Origin: Octopus sinensis
Lineage: Eukaryota
DNA: 64,000 bases
Reading direction: 5' to 3'
NCBI RefSeq assembly: GCF_006345805.1
Contig: NC_043013.1
Location: forward strand, 17,298,001 to 17,362,000
The translations under genes and the position numbers were made by a program. Below the pieces are notes generated by a model that did no database searches, was not told the origin of the DNA, and saw nothing but the letters and a program-made list of their open reading frames with translations. How positions within the stretch are numbered: the stretch's first letter is position 1; each line of letters opens with the position of its first letter. Below are positions 36,995 through 49,603 of the stretch, in pieces.

Positions 36995-38900
36995 ATTGGT
37001 ATCTGGCTTTTGTTGATATGGAGAAAGCCTTTGATAGGGTCTCCCACACCCTTATCTGGTGGGCTGTGCAGAAACTAGGGATAGATGAATGGCTAGTGAG
37101 AGCTGTACAAGCCATGTTCGTAAGATGAGAGTCGTCAATGAATATAGCAAGGAGTTTAGTGTACAAGTAGGAGTCAACCAGAGGTTGGTTCTTAACCCCC
37201 TCTTATTTATCATGGTCCTCTAAGCTATAACTGAAGAATTTAAAACTGATGCACTTCAGAGCTCCTCTATGCTGATGACCTTGTTCTTATTGCCAAATCA
37301 CTACCAGAACTAGAGAAGAAATTTCAGGTATGGAAGCATGGACTGGAAACAAAAGGCCTTTGAGTTAGTTTAGCAAAGACCAAAGTATTAATAAGCAGGA
37401 AAACAGAAAAATCACAGATCCCTTCAGGGAGATGGCCCTGCTTGATATATAGAGAAGGTGTCGGAAGAAACTCCATAAGGTATACCTAGTGCAAGCTATG
37501 GACACATAAAAGGTATAGTAGTATCACTGGAAGATTAACAGAGAAGTAGTCTTTAGATGTGGCAGATGTGCAGGAATATTAAACACCAGGAATATACAAA
37601 AAGTAAATTCCCTCAAATGTCAGTGGGGATCCCAAGTAGTAGTAGACAGTTTCTGTTACTTAGGTGTCCAAGTTAGTAGTGGGGGAGGTTGTTCTGAAAG
37701 CATAGCTACTAGAATAAGAATAGGCTGGGCAAAGTTCAGAGAGCTACCACCTCTGTTAGTAACAAAGGGCCTCTCCCTCAGAGTGAAAGGTAGGTTGTAT
37801 GAAACAGCAATGCTACAGGGTAGTGAGACATGGGCTGTAACTGCTGAGGATATGCGAAGGCTTGAAAGAAATGAAGCCAGTATGCTCCACTGGTTGGATA
37901 CTGTCAGTGTGCATATACAAGAGAGTATTTCATTTTCATTTTTTTCATTTCATCTAGTTTCAGCTCACAAGCTGTAGCCATGCTGGGGCACCGCCATTTG
38001 GTGTTGCTACATGATTTTACTTCACGAATGCTTTTTTAGTAATTGACATTTGGTGCATGATAGAGTTTGATGCAGCTGCCCTCATCTGCACCTCCTGCCG
38101 TGAAGTTGGTTCATCTGGGACACCTGACAGTTAGAGGTCCAGCTTTATTTTAAAGACATCCGCATCCACCCCATGCAGGTCTCTCAGGTCCTTCGGGATG
38201 ATATTGAAGAGCTGTGGACCTCTGAAGCCCAGGCTATCGCAGTATCTTGTCCTACATCTTGATGGCAAATTTGGAGTCCTTGGCACTATGCAATGGCACC
38301 CAGTTCTAGTATTTGTGTAACTCTCGATACCAAAGTTTGAGACAAGTCCTTCCAGGATCTTCCAGAAGTATATTATGGCATATCTTTCTTACCTGTGCTT
38401 TAAGGAATAGAGTCTTAATCTCTTGAGTCTTTCCCAATAGTATAAGTGATTTGAGAGAAAAACTGAGTATATGAGGCATCAGATGTAGCATGCAAGAGAG
38501 AAGACTGCACTGGTATGGCCATGTAATGCATATGAATGAAGACAGTTGTGTCAAGAGGTGCCAATCTCCAATTGTACAGGGAATATGTGGAAGGGTTAGA
38601 CCCAGGAAGACATGGGACTCACAGAGAAGACGACAGGGGACCAAGGCCCCTGGCAGGTTGCTGTGCTTGAAAAAATACATCAAGCTAAGTAAAAGTGTGG
38701 TTGGCCTTGCATACAGGCTCAACCCTTGCATCCCACTCCAGCTGAGCATTCGTTACCTTGCAGGCTCGTGGGTGCTGGTGCCATGTAAAAAGCACTTGTA
38801 CTGGTGCCACATATATGCACCCTTGCCAGTGCTGCATAAAAGCATCCAGCACACATTGTAAAGTGGTTAGCATTAGGAAGTGTATCCAACCATAGAAGCT
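36995..38900 (+). pseudogene. Decayed RTE LINE (RT through 3' UTR), interrupted by a nested CR1-type insertion
   Basis: YLAFVDMEKAFDRV, LLYADDLVLI, TKVL, FCYLG, RIRIGWAKF, GSETW. Resumes at about 38440 with QERRLHWYGHVM..GRVRPRKTW. Confidence 0.92.
37929..38438 (-). mobile_element. CR1/L2-group LINE 3' end nested in the RTE copy
   Basis: YWERLKRLRLYSL...ERYAIIYFWKILEGLV...RGPQLFNIIP..FKIKLD..LSGVPDEP...RAAASNS, (TGAAA)n tail, candidate TSD AGTAT at 37924-37928 and 38439-38443. Confidence 0.85.
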
Positions 38901-40027
38901 TACACTTTTTATATGACCGTGGCTAAGCTGTACCGTTTTGTCAATGGTAAATATGGCACGGGAAAAATTTCTGTGGTTCTCCTTCCTTGGTCCCCTAACC
39001 ATTTACTTTGCTTAATTCCTCTCATACCAATCTACCCTTGATTCAATATTACATCCTGTTTGAAAAGGGTCAAAATTAAAATGTTCCACCAAAATTTCAT
39101 GTCAATTTGTTCCGAGTGCCTATTTAATTGAAACAAAGTTATTTTGATAAATTTTTATTATCTTCAAGATTAATTGAAACAAAAAGTGTCTTCCAACAGA
39201 AATGCAAGTGTCAATCATTAATCCAGCCTGCATATGACTAAAGTCATCCAAGCTGTGACCACCCAGTTCCTTTTAAATGTCTGAGACTATATTATCCAAC
39301 GAATACTTATTTTTAGTTGCTGAGTCTGGAGGAAGGAACAGAGTCCATGACTCTTCTTGGTCTTCTAACACTAGTGACATCAAAGCCTTTAATTTTTCAT
39401 TTCCTCTCTACTCACATTTTATATTGATCACATACCCCTATACTCCTTCAACCTACACAACCACATGTCATTTGTCTCATCCTTCTGTTTACTGTCATTA
39501 TTACTATTTTACTCTCCCTTACCCCTTTTTTCTGCGCTGTCAGTCATCTACTCCCCACTATTCTCCCCCCGCCCATTTCATGCATCATTGGTCATCCTCC
39601 CTTCAGCTCTACCTAATCTTAACAGTTGTTACCCTTCTTCCTTCCCCTCACCCATTCCCCATCTCTGTCCCATGCATTCTTGTAATCTCCACCCATCCAT
39701 GCTCCTATCCCCAATCACATCTGTACACTCATACAGTGAGAGACCACACCACACCACATAGGAAAATGACGGGATGGTCACAGTCGAACACCTCTGATAA
39801 TAGAATTGTTCAATCAGGGCTTACCTAGGCTAAACACCAATGAAGACAACGAGGTGTAAGTGACGGAACATTGTATTATGTTAGCTTGTAGTGGTTATTG
39901 GAATATAACTCGTGTGTATATGATACGTATATAATACAAAATCATATCAAAATAAAAATCCAAAACTAAAGAAAAAACAAACGAGAGAAGAAAGAGAAAA
40001 AAATAACATAAATTCAACACCAAGTGC

Positions 40028-40660
40028 TCAATTGGTCGCATCCCACAAGGTTCGACTGAACCTACTGAAGCAAGCCAACATGCTCGTGGTATTAACACAG
40101 GTGATGGTTTGACTAAGGCATTGGATCGGCCAAGCACCCTCACAGGCATCACCTAACACCATGGCAAGGCGAGCTGTCAAGATGACAAGAACTTCGCTAT
40201 TAGCAGTCCAGCCCCTCCAAACATTTTAAACATCACAGGCTGGAAGAAATGGTCCATTGACAGGTCCCGATACTTTAGGATTTTGTTCCGCTCGGCTATG
40301 GAAGTGGTGACCATTCTGTTTATCGTAGCATCCAGAATATGTGAGGGAGCAAAGTTGTCACAAACTGTGGTGTCCTGGATGAGGCACCTACCTCTTTCTC
40401 AGGGACCAGCTGGTCTCTTCCCATCACTTCTGGATAATCCCACAGGCTGCAGAACTGAGGAGATACTAACCCAAGCCAGGACCCGCTTAAGTTTAGTTTG
40501 ATGTGACAAGCAAAACGACTAGCATTTAAGCGGCAAGACAAACCGTGAAGGGCTGTGGATTAGAGGAGCCTACCACAGTGACCCACAGGTGTCGGCTTCC
40601 ACCTTCAGTGCAATGGAGATGCAGAGCTCTGTTGAATACAATTGTTCTCGTAGGTATTCT
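40028..40660 (-). pseudogene. CRE-like non-LTR retrotransposon 3' fragment (zinc knuckle plus restriction-like endonuclease)
   Basis: Manual translation across frameshifts gives ISIALK..HCG....LHGLSC...RF..H..LN, LSRSDGKRP.G, DTTVCDNFAPSH, AERNKILKY..L..FFQPV, GDACEGAW.IQCLS. Confidence 0.75.
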
Positions 40661-40664
40661 CGTA

Positions 40665-40890
40665 GGCGGCGAGCTGGCAGAAACATTAGCACGCCGGGCG
40701 AAATGCTTAGCGGTATTTCGTCTGCCGCTACGTTCTGAGTTCAAATTCCGCCAAGGTCGACTTTGCCTTTCATCCTTTCGGGGTCGATAAATTAAGTACC
40801 AGTTACGCACTGGAGTCGATATAATTGACTTAATCCGTTTGTCTGTCCTCTCTGTGTTTAGCCCCTTGTGGGTAGTAAAGAAATAGGTAT
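40665..40890 (+). mobile_element. Family-A SINE
   Basis: Complete copy. TAGGTATTC occurs on both sides (candidate TSD or microhomology). Confidence 0.9.
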
Positions 40891-41699
40891 TCCTCAGAGA
40901 GGGATGCTAATTTACCAACACACCAAGAAGTTATCCTTTATAGATGTTCCAGCAACCGAATGGATTTTAAGATACACATCATCAATAAACTCCCACTGTA
41001 ATATGCTTGTTGCCACTCGAAGAAAAAGAAAAGTAATTCACCAGGGGGGAAGTTTAAAAATTTCCTTGGGTTTCTTTCATTTTTAACTAACAACTAGAAT
41101 TGTTTTCGAAGAACCAAATCAACCAGCTCTTTTTTGCACACCAGTGGATTATCCCTTTAAGAACTTGGGACAAAAGTAATGGTGTTGCCCTTGGCACCAC
41201 AATGTTTTCGACCGAGTCTAGATATGAGAGTTTACTACCTAATTTTCCCACCTAAAATTTCTATCCCCCTCTCATTTCTTGGAGTGATAGCTTCGTGTTT
41301 GACTGCTCCTTTACAGAATATTCCTCCAGTTTTCTCACTCACATTACAGTAACTTTGGGTCGTTGTGTAAAATTTTGCTTGTCTTCCACACGTCTCCTTC
41401 GGTCTGTTAACGATGTATTTTCTGCTACTTCTATTCATGCATACTCATTTGACAGGTTGGAAACCCAGTGTTTGACAGTTTTTTTTGGGTTTTTTTTAAT
41501 ATTATTAATCAGTGTATCATTTCAAGAGTGGTAGATTGGCAGTATCATTAGAGTGGTGAACGAAATGCTTTGACATTCTGAGAGTTCAAATCCTGTCGAA
41601 GTAAATGTTACCTTTCATCACAATGGGATCGATTAAATAAAACACCAATCAAGTGATCGACTGTTTCTTCCTCCACCAAATTCCTGGCCTTGTAACTAC

Positions 41700-42000
41700 T
41701 TAAGAAATTGCTTCATCAACTCAGGAAATATGGGCGAAAGGCAATTATGATCTCTACGGGATTTCAATTCATAAAGCAACAACTTAATACTTGAGGCCAA
41801 CTCCACCATCCAGTATTCTTCCCTAACCACTTTTTTTTTTGTATAAAATGAGTTCTCCCCTGTCAAAACTCCTGGAGAAGAAACTATTGTTTGAGGTCAA
41901 CTTGGTACGTTACTTCATAAGAAGAAGCCATAATATAATTGTGACAACAGATTCTTTTCTACGCGGGAAAATTATGCTTAACGAACCAATTTCTAGTCCA
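41700..42000 (+). pseudogene. Possible highly decayed piggyBac transposase remnant
   Basis: Only short motif echoes: KYG.K near 41726 and HNI.CDN.FFS near 41930, both needing frameshifts. Confidence 0.25.
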
Positions 42001-43779
42001 CATTTTCCTAGTCACTAACCAGCAGCTATTCCAACTAAATGCTAGCCATATTAAACCTACCCATAAAACTCGCTGTGGATTTTGCTCCGCATCGTTGTCA
42101 GATTAACATAAAAAAGAATTAAAGCTGCAGAATTTAGATTCCATAATAATGGTGGTGAGGATGGGAATATGGAAGTAAGATTTCGTCTGAGTTTTCTATA
42201 TAATGAAACTTATCCTTAATGAAGAAACTCTCATTTATCTACCTATTAGTCCGTCTCTCTATCTGTATTTGTTTATATGTCTGTCTGCTAATCAATGTTT
42301 ATTTCTATTATTCCCGCCCTTTGCTTTCTCTACCCTCAATTTATCTGACGATATCTCTCTATCTATCTCTTTCACACCTTCTTCTATCGTATTCACTCAC
42401 CCATTCACTCTCTTCATCTCTATCTCCCTCTTTTTCTTCGTCCTGCTCCATCTCAAAATCCCCCCCTCTCTCTCCCTTTCTCACATACGTCATTTCTTGA
42501 TTTATCTATTTCTAATGTCCCTCACCACCTTCGTTCGTCCCCATTCATTCAATTTTCCCCTCTTTTATACAATACGCATCACCTCTCTCTTTTCTTACAC
42601 ACCGTCCTGAGCCAGCGAGGGAAACCATATATGTGGTCGTTCGACCTACTAAGAACAGCAACCAAATCTCCATCAGTTACATTCACCCACCTTGAAAAGG
42701 TGATATGATCTTAGACATACGATATCGGAGAGAATATCTTGATGGTTACGCCTGGAACGTATTTAATCACATATCTGTCCGCGCCAACTGCATCTCGGAG
42801 GGTCTTCAAAGTTCATGGCCACAATCCTTTCTACGAGACAAAACTAATTAAAAAGACAAACAAAAAACAGCGCTGACTTGGGGCTTAACAACAATATTAA
42901 TTATCTAACTTATTTACTCTATATTCACTTTTCCCATTTCTTTTATTAACCCCTCATGCTTGCACACATAACACACAGGGTCACATGCAAGATTTCTCTA
43001 CCCCCCCTCTCTCTCTCTTTATATATATACACACACATTCATATATATATCTGTGTGCACGCGCGCGTATGTATAGTCATATTTCCCCTTGCAACCGCAT
43101 GCACATGCATACACACATATACACGCCCACACTTGCTATTTTATCTTACCTATCATATAACGTACCCACCTTTTTCTCCAGTCACTCAATCCCGCACACG
43201 AACATTCATGTCCACACACGTACACAGTTTTATCGTGTTCTGTCTCCCATTTCTTGCAGAAGCTTCTGTGTGGTCGCTCGGCTTGTCTTATTGTGAAAGG
43301 CGCATTGAATAATGCCCAAAGGAAAATAAGGCGAGATGGTCATGGCCAGAACTCCTTTAATCATAAGTAAGCTTAATCAGCACTGACCTGGTGCTAAACA
43401 TCTACCATAGTCCCCTTCTCTTTCACTTCCACTCAACCGCTTAACTCTTCACTTCCTTTTCTCTCTTTTACATTACCTGTAATCATCATTATCGTCGTCA
43501 TCGTTCTGTATTCAGGGTCAACCATCTGACTTGTATGTCGTTACACAGAACGTTTATTTCAAGAATCATTGAGGCAGAGTCTCGGCGTGTTTGCTATAAA
43601 CAAACCGGCGAAAGTAAAGAATACCTGGTGTTAGGGTTAGGGTTTAAGGTTTAAGGTTTTTTGTTACGCCGAAAGGGTGGTGTTCGTATTCTTTACCTCT
43701 GCCAACAAATCCGCCTAAAATCACTCGCAGACGTCTTGGCACAGGCCAGGACACATTGGATAAAATATCCTTAAATACC

Positions 43780-44012
43780 TATTTCTTTACTACCCACAAG
43801 GGGCTAAACACAGAGAGGACAAACAAGGACAGACACACGGATTAAGTCGATTATATCGACCCCAGTGCGTAACTGGTACTTATTTAATCGACCCCGAAAG
43901 GATGAAAGGCAAAGTCGACCTCGGCGGAATTTAAATTCACAACGTAACGGCAGACGAAATACCGCTAAGCATATCGCCCGTCGCGCTAACGTTTCTGCCA
44001 GCTCGCCGCCTT
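43780..44012 (-). mobile_element. Family-A SINE with 17-bp TSD
   Basis: AAATATCCTTAAATACC at 43763-43779 and 44013-44029. Confidence 0.92.
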
Positions 44013-44482
44013 AAATATCCTTAAATACCCCTAGAGATACAAGATGAATCTAATTGATATGTTTGATCTTAGGTCTACTCGATGAAGCTGACCAGTGAGT
44101 AAACATCAAACCTATCTAGGAGTCGAAGATTGAGTCTGCAATGCAAAGCAATCATGGGCAAACTGCGGCTCACAGGCCTTCCTGAAATGTACGCCTAAAG
44201 ATCCAAAATTACCTCCAATTTTTTTCAGTAGTACAGCCCCCGCTTGATGATGAACTATGTCTCATGGGGGCTGTTTCTCGAAAAAGGTTGCTTACACCTG
44301 GTAGAAACTCAACAATGTAGAGTCTACATAATTCAGTAAACTACGGCCCACGAGACTTACTGAATGGTACGTCTAAAAAAACAATCAGCTTGAACATTTT
44401 GGGGTAGTGTGGCCTGCTTGGTGATGAGCTAAATCTCATGCGGCCATCTTCTTGAAAAAGGTTGTCCGTGCTTGGTTTACGT

Positions 44483-44810
44483 CAGTGTGTCTCAAGCATT
44501 TTTTTTTTCTACATATGGATCCCTTGGATTACTACTTTATGTTGATGGACCCCCATAGCCATTCACTGTTTTAGAAATTAGTTTAATAGATACTTTCAAA
44601 ATTCCCATTTAGTTTTTTTCATACCTTCACTTGCACACGTTAGCAAGAAGCATGAACGATGTTAAGCGTTGGAGAAAGAAACCTTGCAATAAATGCGTCT
44701 AAAGCAATATTTTTTTCATAGACCCTAAACTAATACTGTTGATCCCCAAATTACCATTTGGCTTGCGTGGACCCCCAAAATCTTACATGAACCCCTGTTG
44801 AGAACTACTG
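44483..44810. mobile_element. hAT-type MITE
   Basis: Ends CAGTGTGTCTCAAG / GTTGAGAACTACTG, internal GGACCCC motifs, flanks GTTTACGT vs TTCTACAT (5/8, decayed 8-bp TSD). Confidence 0.5.
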
Positions 44811-46643
44811 TTCTACATGGTCATTCGATCTGTTAGAAATAGCAGCCAAATCTCTCTCTAAGCACATACTACCGTCTTCAAATAAAAAGAAGAGAAACAT
44901 TTGGATTGTATAGTCTGCCTGAAAAATAAAAGACGTGAGGGTCGAGACTATAATACCTTTGCTCATGGAGCCGTTTATTTGGGGCCTAACTAGAATTACA
45001 CAATCTCTCTCTATATAAAGCTGAAGTTGTCTGTGTATGGCAGGTTTTGTAGCCTTCAACTAACACTATCTCCTCCGAGACCCTGTGGCACAAGTTGACC
45101 AAAATTGAGAGTATGATAGAAGAAAGCTTGCTCTTCCTTCCGTAGAAGAAAAAATTCAAATCAGACCATGTTAACACCAAAAATTATTTACATCAAAAAG
45201 GTGCTTTTTTTTTCTATGAAAATCCCTATTTTTTTACGATTTTTTGACTGCTGTGTCGTCATTTTTCGGAGTATTTCAACCAGAAAAATGTTCACTTGAA
45301 GAGAATAACAAGCTACATAATGCAAAGTTTTTACTTTTCAAAAATTCCAATTCTAAAGGGTCGAAACAAACCCGAGCAACGCCGGGCGATACTGCTAGTA
45401 ATAATTACATTAGATCCTCTATAGTTATAATTTAATCTCCTTTTATATCTTCGTTATGTGTGAGAACCTTTCACCTTGCTTAAGCAGAGAACTATAACAA
45501 AAGCACTCACCCCACCGTCCATCAATCGGCGTTTGGGGTTAACGTTCTTTTTCTTTTGAATCTATTCGTTCGATATGTGAGCATAATTGAAAAAAAATTG
45601 ACATTATTCTGCAATGTCCAGACAGAGATGTCAGAGGCACTGAATACTGCCTTTTTTTTAAAATTATATTAATCGAAGTTTCTCATAAAGTTTTTGTGTT
45701 TTAATTTTTTTTTAATGTTTTAGGAATTCCATGCTTAAAGAGATTACAATAGAAAAATCCTTTTGTTTGTTTTTTTTTCCATCATTGGACTGCGGCCATG
45801 CTGGGGCACTGCTTCGAAGAGTTTACTCAAACTAATCGAACACAGTATTATTTTAAGCCTGGTACTTATTCTGTCAGTCTCTTTTGCCGAACCGCTAATT
45901 TACGGGTACGTAAACAAGCCAATACCACTGGTTGCCAAGATTTGGTGGGAGAATAAACTAAGACGCGCGCGCGACGGACTTCTTTTAGTTTCCGTTTACA
46001 AAATCCACTCACAAGGCTTTGGTCAGCCCTGTGTTGTACACTTGCCCAAGGTGCCATGTAGTGGAACTTCACAATGTTTTTATTCAGGATTTCATTGCTA
46101 ATAGCTTGTGGTAATTTCCCACTTTCAGTTTGTGATCGCAAATGAAAAAATACCTATTTTGCAAAGAAATTGGCTCAGCGTCAAGAGACTGTTTGTAAAT
46201 TAATAGAAAACTGATATCTTCGAGGAGTACCTGTTGAAATGGGGGTGGGGTGTCTCGTCATTTCCACTGGCAGACTTTCGATTAATGATCACTGATTGAA
46301 AGTGGAAAATTCCTCCCTACGTCCATTGGAAAAGATAAACATTCGAAAAAAGAAAAAAAAGTTAAAACAAAAAATTAGAGAAAATTCTAAATTTGAAAAG
46401 TTATTCAGAGTTCTCTCTCCCTCTTTTCCTCTAATTGGCCATTCCTACACATGTGTCCATCTCCGACTTTTGTTTCTTCATAACTTTCAGGAAAATGTAT
46501 ATGTTTTAATGAAATTTTCTACAAATACTTTTGAGATGGTGTAGAAATTACATCAGAATTTAATGTGAAAAAGGAAAAAATGATGTGCTCGCATACATAC
46601 TGACACACATTACATACATACATACACACACACATACATACAT

Positions 46644-46674
<31 letters not shown>

Positions 46675-46705
46675 TACTTTATTTAAAAGCAGCAGAAATT
46701 CAACA

Positions 46706-46750
46706 AAACCTGTTACTCGGAGTTTCACGTTCCCGTTCGTCGGACAGTTT
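46706..46750 (-). ncRNA. Minimal type I hammerhead ribozyme fold in a Penelope-type pLTR remnant (family P2, about 46677-46753)
   Basis: Minus strand: aaaCTGT-CCGACGA-ACGggaaCGT-GAA-ACTccgAGT-A-ACAGgttt. All three stems pair and the core matches CUGANGA/GAAA/UH except U4C. Confidence 0.72.
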
Positions 46751-47220
46751 TGTTAAAATATAACCGATATGACAATTCTATATATATATTATATATATAG
46801 GAATTTTTTAAATTCCTATATAATCATAAAAGGAAAACCATCTAAAATGTATTTGTAGAAAATTCATTAAAAAAATACCCATTTTTCTGAAAGACATGAG
46901 AAAACGAAGTTGGGGGGGGGGCACACTTGTGATGCTATATCATTTATTCATTTATTTATCTATGTAACAAAATCGTAATCTCCGTTGTTATCCGAAGAAA
47001 TTTTTTGAAAAAAAAAAACGAAAAAAATCGGTAGGACGCCTATCCGCCGCTAAATGGTCGACCGAGAGAGCTCCCACTTGTAATCGATCCGGACTTTTTC
47101 GCATGATGTTTACAATCGATTTTATTACCAAGGAATATGATGGGCACGAGCAAATTCCTACTAGTCTATTCCAATGAAGCGATTAAATGAGTATAATAAA
47201 CAAATTGTCTGTAGACCACA

Positions 47221-47267
<47 letters not shown>

Positions 47268-48298
47268 CAGCAGCAGCAGCACCAGTAGTAGTAGTAGTAG
47301 CTGCTACTGCTGTTTATTCCCAGGTCGGCCCTGATGAAGGATGTCGGATCAAATGCATCCACTAGCATTCCTGTAGAATAGAGTCGGAAATTGTCTAGAG
47401 TACTAAAAAAACGTAATTTCTTTGAAGACTTAAGACAGATTACAATTCTGAAAAAGAAAAGGGCGGGGGATGGTGATGTCCCCACTACCTTTTCCATATT
47501 TTTAGGGTTTTGACTTTCATTTGAGAATTTTATGCTTTATCTTATACTGTTAGAAAAAGATGCATATACCAGCCCAGGTGTTACCTGGAGCAACATCAGC
47601 CCTCTCTCTAGGTTTTGGTCAACCTGAGTCTATAGTTGAAGACACTTGCCCAAGGTTCCATGCAGTAAGACTGCACCGAAGGCCATGTGGTCAAGAAGTA
47701 ACTATATATACATATATATATATATATGTGTGTGTGTATGTGGCTAATCCCATGGAGCTGGTTTCTTGGGCATGTATATTCCTTCCTGGGTGGGATGCCA
47801 GTCCATCACAGGGTTACTCGTTTTTACCAGCTGAGTGAACTAGATTAATGTAAAAGGAAGTGTTTTGCTCAAGAACACAATGCATCACCTGGTCTAGGAA
47901 CTGAAAGCACAATCATACAATCATGATTCCAACACTGACCACTGAGCCATGCACCTCCACTATGTATATAGACGTACACACATCTATATTTATAGACCGA
48001 CAGATAGATAAGTGGAGGCATGACTGTGTGGTATAAGCACAGGTGTGGCTGTGTGGCATAGGTGCAGGCATGGCTATGATTGGGAAGCTTGTTTCCCATC
48101 CATGTGGTCTTGATGTCAGTCCCACTGTACAGTTCCTTGGGCAATTCTCTTCTGCTATAGCACTGGGTAGATCAAAGCCTTGTGAGTTGATTAGATGGAA
48201 ACTGCATACATGCAGGGTGTGACAGGTAAATTGGGAAAGTTTCAAATGGGTATATTTTTAATTGTATAGATTTTGTTTGAGTCTAAATATTAAATATT

Positions 48299-48486
48299 TA
48301 TTTCTTTACTGCCCACAATAGGCTAAACATAGAGGGGACAAACAAGGCCAGACAAAGAGATTAGGTTGATTATATCGACCCCAGTGTGTAACTGGTACTT
48401 AATTTATCGACCCCGAAAGGATGAAAGGTGGAATTCAAACTCAGAACGTAACGGCAGACGAAATATGGCTACGCATTTCACCCGGC
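48299..48486 (-). mobile_element. 5'-truncated family-A SINE with 18-bp TSD
   Basis: GTCTAAATATTAAATATT at 48281-48298 and 48487-48504. Confidence 0.9.
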
Positions 48487-49321
48487 GTCTAAATATTAAA
48501 TATTACCAGTTTGAATAATCACTTGTAATATTTTGTATTTCAGATTGAACAAATTATGAATATTAATAAAGAATTAAACCATAGAAGTGTAAATTGTTCC
48601 ATGGGGAGATTGTTAGAGCCACAAAGTATGCCAGATCCACTGTTTTAGAGTTGTAGCCAATTTGCAGAAAAGTCAGGATGTTCAGAGAAAGCCTCACAGT
48701 CCTTGTAATGACCAAAACACACGCATCACTTCCTAACAGGACTTAAAAGATCAATTGAGTTGAACCCATCAAAATTGATGGCAAAGTTGGCTCAAGATTG
48801 AGGAATCAGTAAAATGACCATTTCTAGGGCTGTGAGACAAGACCTCCATATTAAATCGTGCATGAAGAGACACCATAACAATCTAACTACCCCCTTCAAA
48901 GTCATTTGAGCTGAAAGAAGTTCCAAACTTCTTAGTCATCTCAAATATCGTGGCAAAGACGTTTGCATCTTCGTGGATGAAAAGAAGTTCATGGTAGACA
49001 AAGTTGCGAACCATCAAAACTCACGAGTGGTAGCATACATCCCTTCCCAAGTTCCTTCAGCTATGCATAGCAAGAATCCAGCTTCTATTATGATCTTTGA
49101 AGTTGTGCAAGTGATGGGAAATTGATGCCTCCTCAGTTTATTGAAGTGGGTCCTAAAATCAACACAGCAGATTATCTCAAAATCTTAGAAGTTTGTTGCC
49201 TTGGATTAAGAAGTATTATGATGCAAGTCGAGTCATGTTTGTACAGGGCTCTGCACCCGCCCATTCTTTGAAGAGAGTGCAAGAATTTTTGAATAAGGAA
49301 TTACCCATCTTTGTCCCTGAA

Positions 49322-49603
49322 TTTTTTTTTTCACGCTAAGAGTTGCTGAAGCAAGGAACAAACTGCCAGCATCAGTTGTTAGTTGTCGGAGCACTGCATC
49401 CTTCAAAACTTCCATGCTTCCTGAGATTCGCCAACACTACACCTGATTTCCTCCCCTCCATACACACGCAAGCATGTATCTGACTCATACACTGTTCACT
49501 TCCCAGACATTTATACATTACTGCATATGCTTTGTATGCACTTTTGACTAGTTGTGGTACACCTGAGCACTGTATACAATAATTTCATTATTATTATTAT
49601 TTT
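49322..49603 (+). mobile_element. CR1-group LINE 3' end with (ATT)n tail inserted in the maT transposase
   Basis: FFTLRVAEARNKLPASVVSCRSTASFKTSM matches the CR1 C-terminal FFS.RV...WN.LP..VV....FK motif. Confidence 0.82.

Noticed and set aside
39277-39828. 183-aa plus-strand ORF
   Set aside because: Low-complexity pyrimidine-rich sequence, probably antisense of a decayed LINE, with no domain motif.
47330-47365. CTGATGA followed by a GGATG/CATCC stem as a hammerhead
   Set aside because: No GAAA after the stem. The segment is a decayed copy of another dispersed repeat (similar at about 9790, 25520, 33810, 39810, 43370 and 51700).
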